Origin: Takakia lepidozioides
Lineage: Eukaryota > Plantae > Bryophyta
Reading direction: 5' to 3'
Assembly (NCBI GenBank): GCA_030704615.1
Contig: CM060731.1
Location: 37,510,001 to 37,574,000 of the forward strand
Length of the DNA: 64,000 nucleotides
The translations under genes were made by a program, and so were the position numbers. Of the stretch, positions 52,201 to 64,000 are shown piece by piece. The notes below the pieces were generated by a model, which saw nothing but the letters and a program-made list of their open reading frames with translations, searched no databases and was not told where the DNA came from. How positions within the stretch are numbered: position 1 is the first letter of the stretch; every line of letters starts with the position of its first letter.

Positions 52201-55200
52201 TTAATTCGGGTTTTCCAGATATCGTCTAGAAATCCCTTCACAGAAACATCAATCTGCTGTGTGTGATTTGCCCCAAAAACTAGGCCTCAGAAGGGCCTGG
52301 GCTTTTGGCTCAGCCTCGAGACTTTCAAAGTTGGTAAACAGAGGTACAGGCACAATTCTCTTGATAGATTGGAGGAGAGCTTCTCTCTGGTGAGAGTACC
52401 CCGGACAGTGAATCAGAAAATGAATATTGTCTTCAGGTTGCCCACACAACGGGCAATTGCACTCTCCCTTTCCTCTCTGCTTCTGTTTACTGTTCAAAGG
52501 TAGGCTTCCTGCCCTGAGTTTAAATTTCAGTCTGGTGCCGAGAGTGGGTAGAGCCTTGAGGTCATCCATGATATCCTCCCCCATGTCACAGACTGGAAAC
52601 AGGTTCAGGGAAGTTTTCTGCCTAACTTCAGACAATTTGCTGGTAACAGACATGGCTTTGGACACTACAGTCTCTAAGTCAGATTTATCCAGCAAGGTCA
52701 AGACTTGCGGGTCCAGATTCAGATCCTTGAGAATCTCTTCTACTCTCTTCTGCCAGGACTTAGCCTGTTTGACAGGGCGGCCCTGTTTCCAAGATATAGA
52801 GTCGATTAACTTAGGGTATCTGGTGTTGGACATGTGTTGCAACTGACCCCACCATCCGACCTTGAATTCATCTCGTCGGGAGCTTAAGGAAGGGATGCCA
52901 AACTCACCCCGAACAGCCACATTGGCTGTTTTGGAGCATGCTGACATGCACTCCTTAAGCACCCCCACTTGAATGGATTCTAGAGACTTAGCCTGGTTGG
53001 AGTTATCAACCCATATAGCAGATCCGTACTCCAAGGCAGGTCTAATAACGCGGCAAAGTAAGGTTTTCTTGACCTCAGAGTTAATCCCTCTGCAGTGAAA
53101 AAATTTAGTGAGACTCAGCGCTTTGCCCTTGCCAGTTTGAACAACTTTCTGGATGTGTGCATCCCAGTTACAGTTGTAGGAAAACTCAATGCCCAGGTAT
53201 GTGTAGGAAGGGAGGACTGGGATCTCTTGGCTACCCCACTGCCACTTAAGATCACTTCCTCCCTCTCCTCTGTCGTTGAATGCCACCACTGCACATTTAC
53301 TGACATTAGCCTCTAGCCCCCAAAGATCAAAGTATCTCTTCGCGCAATCAATCAATTCCTGGAGGTTGGAAGGAGTCTCCCCTATGCCTGCAAAGTCATC
53401 CGCAAACATAAGGGCTGGAATGTTGGCATCACCCACCCTTAACCCAAATCCCTCACGTTCCACATCTCGAGGAGTTGATTGATGAAAACATTGAAGAGCA
53501 GAGGGGAGAGCGTACATCCTTGAGCTACACCTTGGTCTATGTCACAGAAGTTAGACTTCTGTCCATTAACAGTGACACAGCTTTTGGTGTGGGCGTACAA
53601 GTTATGGACAACTCTCCACATTTTTCCCTTGATTCCGCAAGACCAGAGGCGGAGCCATAGACCATCTCTCCACACTGTGTCATAAGCCTTTTTGACATCC
53701 AAGAAAAAAACATAAGTGGGTTTCCCTTCTTTTTTCCTTCCCTGGATAATCTGGCTTAGAGTGAAGATATGGTCCACACAGCCCCTGTTTCGCCGAAAGC
53801 CAGCTTGGCCTTCGTGAAAACAACCTCTAGATTCCAGATCAACCTCGAGACGAGTACTTATAACTCTGCAAAATATCTTGCCAACAGCATTGAGGAGCGT
53901 GATGCCACGATAGTTCCCCGGGTCTTCTCTGTCACCCTTCTTATATAGATTGACAATGACCCCCTGTCGCCAGCGAAAGGGGATCATTTCAGTCTTCCAG
54001 ATAAGGTTAAAGAGGAGAACTAGGGCCTCTATCATGGGATCGCCACACTGCTTGATAAGCTCGTTGACTATGCCATCAGGACCACCTGCTTTATATCCAT
54101 TTAGATGTTCAATTGCTTCCACAATCTCAGAAGAACTAATGGGAGCAGTGAAATAAACTCAAACCACCATGGTGGTAATGACAAGAGATTCTGGTTGGCC
54201 CTTCAACGCTTGTACAAGCCGAAAAGCTGTCAGCAAGTACAAGCGCTGAAGACTACTAAGGGTGCAGTGGTAACTTCATCGGTTGACATTGTCAAAACCT
54301 TTGAAACCCACTACAGTATCCTTGGCAGAACTTCTAGGTCTAACAGTGAGGGGTCCTCTGATGAATGGAAGGACACAGTTGGTAAAACTGTTCCTATGAT
54401 TCAAAACAGCTCTGATGAACTGGAGTATATTTCAAAAGCCTACAACTTGTCCCAGTATAATTTCTTCTGAGCCCTTACAAGCAGATTGATATCTTTACGG
54501 ATCTGGTAGTACCTCGCCCACAATTCTTTGTTGGTTTTCAAATTGCAGCACTCTTTATAAAGGACTCGTCTCTCAGCTATCTTGAGTTTAATCTCATTGG
54601 TCCACCAATTAACAGCTCTACCGCAGACAATTAGTTTCCTCCCAATGATCTTGTCAGCCGCAGAGGAGACGAAACTCTCCCAAGAATCCACTGCTCTTTC
54701 AACTTCATTTCTTGCATTGTCTGTGCAAGACTGAAGGTCTTGGAGCGAATGGACAAAATGAGGAAGAGCCTCTTGCAAGGCCTGGACATACTCAGCCTTG
54801 ACCTCTTCATTATGGAACTTTTCTATGCGCCACTTCTGAATCGAACGTTTCACAGATCTCTTGGTGTTGGGAAAACACCTTTTGATCTCAGTCCAAACCA
54901 GGAAGTGGTCAGAGGTACCAATATCAGTTCTGTCGATCAACACATTGGCACTCTGGGGAAACAAATTTTTGTCCATTATGATATAATCCACAATGGAACG
55001 TTCCCCAGTTTGGGCTTTCTCACGAGTCCACTGCACTTGGTCACCTTTTGCCCTATTGTTCAAGGCCAGAAGCTGAAGCTCTTCCAGACAGTTAATTAAC
55101 CGTCTGCCATTAGAGTTCAGCTCGTCCTCACCAAAAGGCCCAATGATATCATCCGGATGGAGACCTTTACCCACCTGGGCATTGAAGTCACCCAATAAAA

Positions 55201-58200
55201 TCACCTGACCTTTGGCAAGGAACGAAGCACAGGACACGAAGCACTAAGTCTAGCTTTACATCTTCGAAGGCTTTGTCTGCGTCAGCACTAAGGGTCCCCT
55301 CTGTGGGACTGTAAACACAACCCACAAAGAGGTCACAAAGAATCCAACCCCTTTTTGACCGCGTTTGGCAGAGGCTGCCTTGAGAGTACACATCTTACCT
55401 GCCCATTTATAACCAATGACATCTCCAACCAGTTTATCCAACGTTTCCCAAGTTTCTTGCCCAGCACAGATATGAATATCATTAGTCCGAAGAACTTGTC
55501 CCACTTCGAGTTGTTTCCTTTGGTTAGTCAGCCCTGAGAAGTTGAAAGTGCCCAGCCGCAAGCCAGCCCTTTGCATGTGAATTGTTTGTCGTCTAGGTAG
55601 CTGAAGATTGCTCCTGGACGGCCAACCGTTCTGCAAAGGGGGGACAGTTACCCCGTGTGTAGATTTTGCTCGTCTTGTGTAAACTTTGAGAATTGGTAAA
55701 CCATTCAGAGTACCAAATCCTTCAGTTACACGACGTTCAGACTCCGCACACTTAGGGACAAGTTGTCCGTCTGACTGCTTAGTGACGATTACCCCATGGA
55801 TAGATTTTGCATGTCTTGTGTAAACTTTGAGGATTGGTAAACCGTTCAGAGTACCAAATCCTTCAGATACACGACGTTCAGATTCCGTACACTTATGGGC
55901 AGATTGTCCGTCAGGCTGCTTGGATTCAACCTCGTCCAGAGCATCAAACCGATTAGAAACTCTCAAGTTGAAGTCCCTGCCCTTGGTTGGCTTCCTAGAG
56001 CGCCCCATTGAATCACCAATGTCTAAAACCGCCCTCCAGCCAGTCAAGGGACGAGCTTCTTTGAGATTGAGTTGATGTGAGACTGTATTAGAAGCATTTT
56101 TGGGCATTGCAACCTTCAAAGTACCCCTGTTATCAAGTCTCGAGATGGAGCCATTGGCCATGAAATCCAAGCCTAAGCTAGAGCAAGTAGTTTTAAAGGA
56201 CACATCGTCCATCCTGGGATTCACCCCAAAAACTACACATGAAGCCCTAGATTCGGCATAAGTAACCAATTCCCAGGAATCACCCTGGGGAGTGTTGCTG
56301 TTGACAGTAGGTAATCTAATGATTGTTTTCGTAGGCCATAAGCTTAAGCACAAGGACCAACCCTAGCCCAAGTGCCGAGTATGCTAGACAGAGCATACGA
56401 CTGCCCAATTTGGGCGGAGGGGCTGCCCCCAAGCGGTAGGGGTCCGCTTGTTACCATTCAGAGATCACACTCCAGGGAGTTGCAGGGAATGGCCCGTGTA
56501 GGCATATTCTAAAGAGGGAAAGGCCCCAAGCTTTCCAACTAAATCCAATGCACTACCTTACCTGGAGCAAAGCACTTCAGGTCGAAACAAACAAAGACAC
56601 GAGGTCATAAGGCTGGCATTTAGTCACAGAGACATTAATGTACTCCCGTATCAAGTCCACCCAATGGCAATAGGCTTCCTAGAGGACAGGGAGACAGAGA
56701 AAGAGTCAGAGAGAGAGAGAGAGAGAGTCAGAGAGAGAGCAGCTCACAGGGTTGCCAGGTAGGCGGGAGCTGAGTGGGACGCGCTCCCAACTCTCACCAG
56801 AGTTCGACGTGTGTAGCAAAATGGCTGGTTTCCCAATGATCCAGCCCTCCTTGCCATCAAAGCTTATGCTGTTGAACCTGCAAATGTCCAAACCATTCAT
56901 GTACCATTCATGTACCTTTCAACAGCAAACAGACGCAGAGAGGAAAGGGGGATTGTAAGTGCCCGTTGTGTGGGCAACCTGAAGACAATATCCACTTTCT
57001 GATTCATTGTCCTGGCTACTCTCACCAGAGAGACACCCCCTTCAATTCCATCAAGGGAATTGTTCCTAACCTCTGTTTACCAACTTTGAAAATCTCGAGG
57101 CTAAGCCCAGAGCCCAGGCCCTTTTGGGGCCTAGTTACTGGCAATCACACAAAGCAGATTGATGTCTGTGTGAAGGGATTTCTGGAGGATATCTGGAAAA
57201 CTCGGATCAATTGATGTTTCAAGGTCAGTCATACTACCGGCGTCCCTGACAGAGGTAGTTTCTGTCCCTTTGTGTTCCGCTCAAACTGGGCGCGGGATCA
57301 ATGGCCACAAGGCTACAGCAAACAATGTCTTATGAGTACATTTTATATGCATGGGTGGTGGCCTCCAATGGACATAGGGCAGTGAAGAGATCCCTGTGCT
57401 CCCTTCCTACACATATATTGGTGTGGAGTTTTCCTCCAGTTAGAACTGGGATGCACACATACAAAAAGTGGTTCAAACTAAGCGCAAAGCTCTGGGTCTC
57501 ACTCAATTTTTCCACAGCAGAGGGATTAATACTGAAGTAAAAAGGACCATGCTTTGACACGTTATTATGCCTACCTTGGAGTACGCATCTGCTGTGTGGA
57601 TTGGGACTCCATTCAGCTTTCAGTGCTCAAAGAGAGCATGTCAGCATGATCTAGAACAGCAAACGTGGCTGTTCAGGGCAAGTTTGGCATACCACCCATG
57701 AACTCTCAACATGAGTTGATGCCTAAGACCAGATACCCTAAGACGATCAAATCTTGTTCTTGGAAGAAAGGGCATCCTGTTAAACGGGCTGTTAAGTCCT
57801 GGCAGAAAAAGGTAGAGGAGATTCTGCTGTGTGTGAGCTGCCCAGCAATTAGACCCTGGCTTTAGTGTCAGCCTCAAGATTTGGAAAGTTGGTGGACAGT
57901 GGTGCAGGGGCATTCCCTGTGGTTGTAAGTTTTAGTCCCCCATGTGTGGACTTCCGGGAACTTTCCCTTGTTAGGTCATTTTGTTCGGACATTCTTCGTA
58001 TTTCCAACATGGCCTTCGACACTTTGGCCTCCAAGTCTAGCAGGGTCAGTGTTTTGAGTCCCACTCACCCCACCTCCCTCCTCTATCTTCTCTCTCCCCA
58101 GTGTAAGATGCCAAAGTGTAGACAGAAACTTCGACTCGTGATCCTTGGTGCAAAACAGTCCTCAATACTGTGCAATGATTACTTCAAGATATGCGAGCAT

Positions 58201-60169
58201 GGTTGTAGAGGACAGAATACAGGTTTAAGTGCATAGGCCATTTGCAATCAGGAATGCACTTTCCCAGTTAAGCTGTGGAAAGGCCAATGTGATTCCCCCA
58301 CAGTACCCCAAATATGATCTTCTGGTATCTGGAGAAGAGAATGCACTCATAAGACTTTGTTTGCCGTAGCCTTGTGGCCATTGACCCCGCGCCCAGTTTG
58401 AGCGGAAACCTATCTGGAGAAGAGAGAAAAGACAGAACTTCGTATGTCCACAGGAGGTTCTGGAGACCTATGGAGCATAGTTACATAAGAAGAGAGGAGG
58501 AAAAGTGCGTATGAAGAAACCCAAATGTCACTTGGGAATAGAGTGCCTCTACGAAGCACTTTGGGTCTGCCTAGCTGAAAGCCTCAAAGTAGCTAGGGCA
58601 TGAGAAAATGAAAGATGTTTCTCTCCCCACTTCTTGGGTGCCATGCTGGACAGATGCTAGCTTCAGGAGGTACATTGCCTCCATAGGGTATGAGAAAAAC
58701 CTCTGAAGCTGTCCAAAGCTCTTGTGGCAACTTAGCACAGACCGGAACTCATTATGCTGCAGTTAGCTCGATGATAAGGAAGGTGATTTTGTAGATTAGG
58801 AGATCCATATGAGCCTGGTTGTTTGTTCCATGTCTGTTGCACAATCAAGAAAGAGTTGAAATGATCAGAATGGGAAAAATACCTGTAGTTGAAATCTTCG
58901 TCTTCAGCTGATGGAATGCTGCGGGGTGTCCAAGAGCGCCCTCCATCCTTGGTCTCCAACAGTGTCTGCCTGGTTCCTAGCAAAAACCCTGGCCAAACAG
59001 AGAAGCATTGAGAGAGTGAGAAGGAGGACAAAGGGCACTAGGCACCCACCAAAATTTGAACTTGGAAAGAAAGTGGAAGCATACCATAGTCAGATTAGAC
59101 CAAACTATCTGATTGGTGAGATGAGGAGGTCAGATCATGCGCTCATTGTGGATGGAGCAGAAAATGAGGGAGGATTGTGGAGTGGGAAAAGGGGGAGAGG
59201 AGCTCTGTGGGATTATACCAGACACAATCTAGTTTGAGATCCACGCAATGCCTAACTGTACACAGAAATCAGAGTATTTCTGTGTACATACTGAAAATGT
59301 TTTCGGTGCACATTACACCAGGGACTGCATGCTTGAATATACCAATTCCCCTTAGTTCAGCAGTACAACCCACCATTTGAGATGCTGTCACCATTCGAGA
59401 TGACTTTCTAGAATGAAGTCACTATGCGTCTGTTTGCCTCAATTCAGAGAGAACCCAGTTCATACCTAGCCTATACCAGCAGCATCATTGTAAGCTGAAT
59501 AAGTCGCGAAATTGGAGAGGTACAGAAAGGATACTGTAAATGCAATCCTAGAAATTAGAAGAGTTGTGCATTCTTTCATATCTCATACGTCCGCTGCCCA
59601 TCCTGCTCTTCCCTTTGCTTCACTGTCCAAACCGGCCCAGGTCTATGGCCACATGCCTCTGATAAGCAGAGAATTCTCTAGAAGACATTCATTTGTATGC
59701 CCTGTATTTTGGCCAAAAGAAAATTTAAACATCCAGAGCCATCATGCAAATAAAGTTGAGAAGACCCACCACGGTCAGGCTCTTCTGGCACAAAGGCGAG
59801 GTCCAACAAGACTACACCGGGGTCAATGGGTAGAGGAATTTTCTCCCAATCCGATAGCGACTCCTCAGCTCTGGCTGGGCCTCCTAACAAAGACGACGCC
59901 GCGATGCACAGTGCCAGGGAAGACCCCGCGGCGAGCACCTTTCTCCTACCCACTTCTTCGTCCTCCAACAATGCTACAGGGGACAGGGAAGGCCGAGGAA
60001 GACATTGGCTATGGTGGAATCCAGGCTTTGGGCGAGCTTCATGAGAGATTATGTCTGCGGTGGGGCGAAGACCCGTGAAAGAGGGAAGAGGAGAGATGGA
60101 TGGTCCGTGTGTAATTGTATGGGGAGCTGCATTGAGGAGAGTGAAGGCTTGCATCCCTCTTAGCGCCAT
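49254..60169 (-). CDS. HCF136: Photosystem II stability/assembly factor HCF136 (Ycf48), 9 exons: 60169-59770, 58988-58883, 56877-56748, 51371-51241, 51074-50942, 50570-50448, 50227-50153, 49831-49716, 49317-49254
   Basis: Transit peptide plus twin-Arg RRKVL...PARA, LPIDPGVVLLDLAFVP, GFLLGTRQTLLETKDGG, AVSSRGNFYLTWEPGQ, GFVLGNDGVLLRYL. All splice sites GT-AG and in frame. Confidence 0.96.
51565..52045 (-). mobile_element. Older 3' fragment of the same LINE family
   Basis: GSLPLNIN...CGQPEDITHFLILC plus the family 3' tail. Confidence 0.75.
52060..56400 (-). mobile_element. Near full-length non-LTR retrotransposon (APE + RT + C-terminal CCHC) in HCF136 intron 3, frameshifted, with an internal inversion
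   Basis: GTFNFSG, QETW, LLGDFNA, SIVDYI, SDH (APE). KAGGPDG, NYRGITL, QAGFR, FLDVKKAYD, GVAQG, FADD (RT). CPLC...HFLIHC. 5' limit approximate, clade not determined. Confidence 0.9.
56925..57830 (+). mobile_element. Rearranged LINE fragments (3' end 56925-57342 followed by a post-RT piece) in HCF136 intron 2
   Basis: CGQPEDNIHFLIHCPGYSHQR and the tail GGCTACAGCAAACAATGTCTTATGAGTACATT, then a segment homologous to 52780-53240. Confidence 0.8.
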
Positions 60170-60176
60170 CTTCTCC

Positions 60177-60212
<36 letters not shown>

Positions 60213-61304
60213 TCTCTCCTGCAAAGACTCTCATTATCCACAGTATCCGAATTTGGGTCCCATTTTTTGGTCCTTTTCTTTTCTCTTATCCCAATGCTCC
60301 TTCCTTTTTTTTTTTCAAAAGAAAAGGAAACCTGGGAGATCAGGGAGACCAGGCAGAGAGGTTCCTTTTCTTTGCCTGAAAATATTGAAGGACAACCTTC
60401 CTGGTTGGGTTTTTAAGGAACATTACAGGTAATCAAAATTCTGCACAGCAATTGGGTAATGTATGGGACCTGAAAATTCCACAAGTCGTTGATCAGAAAG
60501 TTGATCCTGTGGTGTGTGAAGCTCATCCATCAGGACAAGGGTCATCCTTGGGTGATGAATATGTAAATGGATGAAACATCCAGAAGGCAATTCACAATCT
60601 GAGACTAGAGAAGTAGCCTAGTCAGTGTGACCTCCCCCAAGTGAGCATGGCAGACAACCCTCTTCCACCCTACTTTTTCTCTTAAAACTGTAGTATGTAC
60701 TTAACATAAAATCCCTGAGAGGAAAAACTAACCCTTTTCCAACTAACACTCGCCATGAGGGAGCCACCGACCACTTTTGTTTTGCATAAATTCGTGAATG
60801 CTCTCATTTAAGCAACTAGTTGGTAGCTCCTGCATTAACTGCCACCCACTCCCTCTAATCTCTTGGGCTTCGTCCCTTTAAAAACAAAATAGTGTTGGGC
60901 ATGGAGGTGGGTGTTGGTAATGGCACACAGAGATGAACAGAGCACACCACAATGTGTACAACAAGTGGGATGTAGTGGGTGGAACTGGGCAGGCACTTCC
61001 TCCAAATAAAGCCCCTGCTCTCTATGTGTTTTGGTTATGAGGGTGATGTCGTCATAACAGCATGTAAGTACTGAATGCTGGCTTTGGTCCCCCACTGGGA
61101 ATGCTTTGCTCAGACCCAATGCCCAATGTCTGCATGACAACGGGTCACTGTGATGGAGAGAGAAGCGGCGACTAGTCCAGCAGAGTAGGGGTGTACTTGA
61201 CAGTACGGCTGCTCTCACAATGGACTAACAGCAGATGGGCAGGCTTGTGGGTCTTGTGGAGGGAGGTGTTTGCTAAGTTGAGTGGAGGGAGAAGAGAGAG
61301 AGTG

Positions 61305-63248
61305 ATGAAAATGCAGTCAGGGTGCAGGGTGCAGGAGAGGAGGCTGCAGCTGTTTGCAGCATGTGGGCTTCTCTTGGTTGCTCTTCTGCCATGCTCCGCG
61401 CAGGCTCTCCAATCTCAGAGTGGAATCATCACCACAGACTTTTTGAAGTCCAGCGAGGGTGTGCTACAGGGGCGAAACTCTGGACAAGAGATGAAGAAAA
61501 ATGTAGCGACGGGAGTGCAGCTCAAGGCGAGCGGGAGCAGTAACCGGGGCAATGAAGCAGGTCCATATTGGAACACCCACAGTTCAAGTGCAGAAGAGTG
61601 TGAGGAGATCTATGGAATCATGCCATGTTCCTTGACCATTGGTGGCAATCTGTTTCTGCTGGTGGTGTACGGATACATGCTGCTCAAATCTGCACGGTTT
61701 TTGTCCGACGGTAGTGAGCTTCTGTTGGAAGTGATGAGCCCGGGCATAATCGGCGGTCTTGTGCTCCCCATCCTTGGTGCATTGCCGGATGCTATTCTTA
61801 TCCTTGGTGGGTGCTTGAGTCTCCTTTTTCGCAATTTTTCAGTTCTGCATTTATGTTTCGCCCCTAAATTGCAATGTATTCTAGCCAGTTGTTTCACAAG
61901 TAGTCCATGCATACAATTTTCAGAGTACTCTGAAAAGTTTTGTCTGTGAACTCCTTGGATGTTTGATGTGTTATAATGAATACAGATTCCAATCTCTCTC
62001 TTTGATCACCCCATCAATAAGTATTTGATGTAGAGTCTGAAACCAAGGCAAGATTCTGATAGTTGTATTGGTCAAGCTACAGCAGAGGGCTCCTTCTTCT
62101 CTGCTCCGAATGTTTTATGTAACGTCTGCTTTTGCAATGTTTTTTAGTTAGTTGTATTAAAAGTAGTTCATCCATACGTTTTCCGGTGGAAATCTTTTGC
62201 TGTGGTATGATTAAGGCAGATTGTAATCTCTCTCTGCGGTCACCCGGCCACTGAGAATTATTTTGTAAAGTCTGAAAACCAAGGCTAGGTTCTACTGGTA
62301 GGCAAGCTGGAGCAAAGGGCAGTTATTGTGACCTTCAAGTTTTGAACTCATGGTACGTCTTGATTACATGGTTGGCCAAGAATTGGTCCTGTTGGTCTGC
62401 AGAGTTGTGAACAATTCAAGCTGATCTTGTGTTCCTCCTGTGATTTTGATGGTAGAAAACAATTTTCTTCAACATGTGAAAGGGTTGGGGATGCAGTGTC
62501 GGGACTGGGGGCGAATCAGGCAGAAGCACAATCTGAGGTGCTGGTGGGAATGGGTTTGGTAGCTGGTTCATCGGTGATGCTGCTCACACTTTTGTGGGGC
62601 TCATGCCTCATTGTGGGCCGTTGTGACCTGGTGCCCTCAAACAACCGACTGGTGGCCAAGGATCGAACCCTCACTAAAGGCTTCAGTTTAACTGGTTGAC
62701 TCCCGGGCTTCCATGTTGTTTGGCTGGAAATGTGATTATTGGCTTTTTGTATTTTTGTAGCTCTTGTTATGTAAAGGAGATACTGGATGGTTCTCATTAC
62801 CAAGGCTCAACTGTACCTTGAAACTTCTCATATCATTTCACCTCGCTCTAGTGTTAGGGTCTCATCAAAGGACAGGCTCTCTTTTCTTCTGTCATACTGG
62901 GTTCACTAAAGTGCTACTTGGACTGCATTTCTACTGGATGCTGAGTACCGGCACTCATTCTCAGAAAATCATTGCACCATAAAATCCTGGACAGAGCTAG
63001 TATTCCAGCATGATAGGTAATCAGCCCAATTGGTAACTAGTTCCAAACGTTGGATCCTGTGGAAAGGTACGGGAGTGACAACAGACACGCAGACTAAGTG
63101 GGCATCATGGATCATGATGGCTACTCTCCTGCCTTACGTGGTGGCACAGCTGCCTCGCCTGCTAGGCTTGCCCACAGAAAATCAATTGGCCGTGGCCGTG
63201 GCTGGTTGCATTTCATTTTTGAGCCTTCTCGCTTATTGTGCATACCAG
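61305..63248 (+). CDS. NCL: Sodium/calcium exchanger NCL (EF-hand CAX-like), first three exons 61305-61806, 62497-62694, 63067-63248; continues beyond the window
   Basis: CEEIYGIMPCSLTIGGNLFLLVVYGYML...LSDGSELLLEV...GGLVLPILGALPDAILIL/VSGL...VGMGLVAGSSVMLLTLLWGSCLIVGRCD. Signal peptide present. Confidence 0.9.
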
Positions 63249-64000
63249 GTACATCTAGAAGTTTTCTTACCATCAGAGTGTGCTCCTGCCTTGTACAGAC
63301 TTTTGGGGATTGAATGTTGGTTGTTTATCTGGAATACTGTTTTCTGTTGGCATGGATAGTGTACGTCTAATGTAGAATGAGTGTGTCTTGCGCATATGTA
63401 TGCAATTGACAAAGGATGTTTGTAGGCTGAGTAATTTGCATGGTGACTTCTCCCTGGGGTTGGAAGTCAGTAGGTCTCAGGTTGCTTCGATCAAATTGTA
63501 ATCTTGGTCAGCAAGCCTGCAGGTAACAGTGCAAGGCTCTGGACAAGTGGATGCCTGCTTGGAGACCCTTGCATGTCATTGATCACCCAGTGGACATCTG
63601 TGTGATCAGGAATATTTTTTATGTTAACAGCCCGAGGAATTATGGGGAATTTATTTTTAGAATTTGATGTTATTCCATTGTCAACTTCTGGGGCCTGTTT
63701 CAAATGTTTATCTGAGAGACCTGGTGACAATGCTTGATAACCACCACAGAAAGATCTTTTAATGGTTTCTCAATCTGCATCAATCCATTTGAGTTAGTGC
63801 TATCTGGGTTGTTGGTTGCAGATCTTAACACCATGGATTCAGGAGAAACGTGTACGTTGGGCCCAATACCGCTACCGGCGAACCCACGCTCTTCAGAGGG
63901 TTTCTCTCATGACACAAAAGGAGAACTGGGGAAGTCTATTTTCGGATGATGGAACTCCAAACAATGAAGTCCTCATCAGGTTTTCCAGCTTCACTCCTGA

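Noticed and set aside
52427-53660. Plus-strand ORFs opposite the LINE (and similar antisense ORFs opposite pol and the helicase)
   Set aside because: Shadow frames of real coding sequence with no independent motifs.

Overview
Eukaryotic nuclear DNA, most likely from a non-seed land plant (GT-AG introns, plastid-targeted genes, PPR remnants). Host genes that can be spliced by eye: RNA Pol III subunit RPC17/RPC9 (-, 1605-3462), a DExH-box RNA helicase with C-terminal dsRBD (+, 4179-8772), pantoate-beta-alanine ligase PANC (-, 43287-46727), HCF136/Ycf48 (-, 49254-60169) and the first three exons of an NCL-type Na+/Ca2+ exchanger (+, from 61305). A ~5.5 kb duplication (10912-16393 / 17992-23443) carries a two-exon secreted S-protein-homologue (SPH)-like gene (one intact copy, one with a premature stop) and an endonuclease-bearing Helitron-like remnant. 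The standout object is an 11.8 kb Ty3/gypsy-type retrotransposon (25069-36835, 4-bp TSD CTTA). Its pol order is PR - DNMT3-like cytosine methyltransferase - RT - RNase H - DDE integrase - PHD finger. It has a self-priming PBS, a captured PSRP5 cDNA fragment and extra unknown ORFs. Its repeats are circularly permuted (A-internal-B-A-B). The integrated ends derive from an internal LTR palindrome GACA|GC|TGTC rather than from the PPT/PBS-defined LTR ends, which suggests integration of a 2-LTR circle opened at an internal att site. Also present: a deleted pogo-like transposase, a near full-length LINE plus many 3' fragments in HCF136 introns, tRNA-derived SINEs and a hammerhead-ribozyme-like motif. 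All calls come from manual reading without database searches. Many TE frameshifts may be long-read indel errors.
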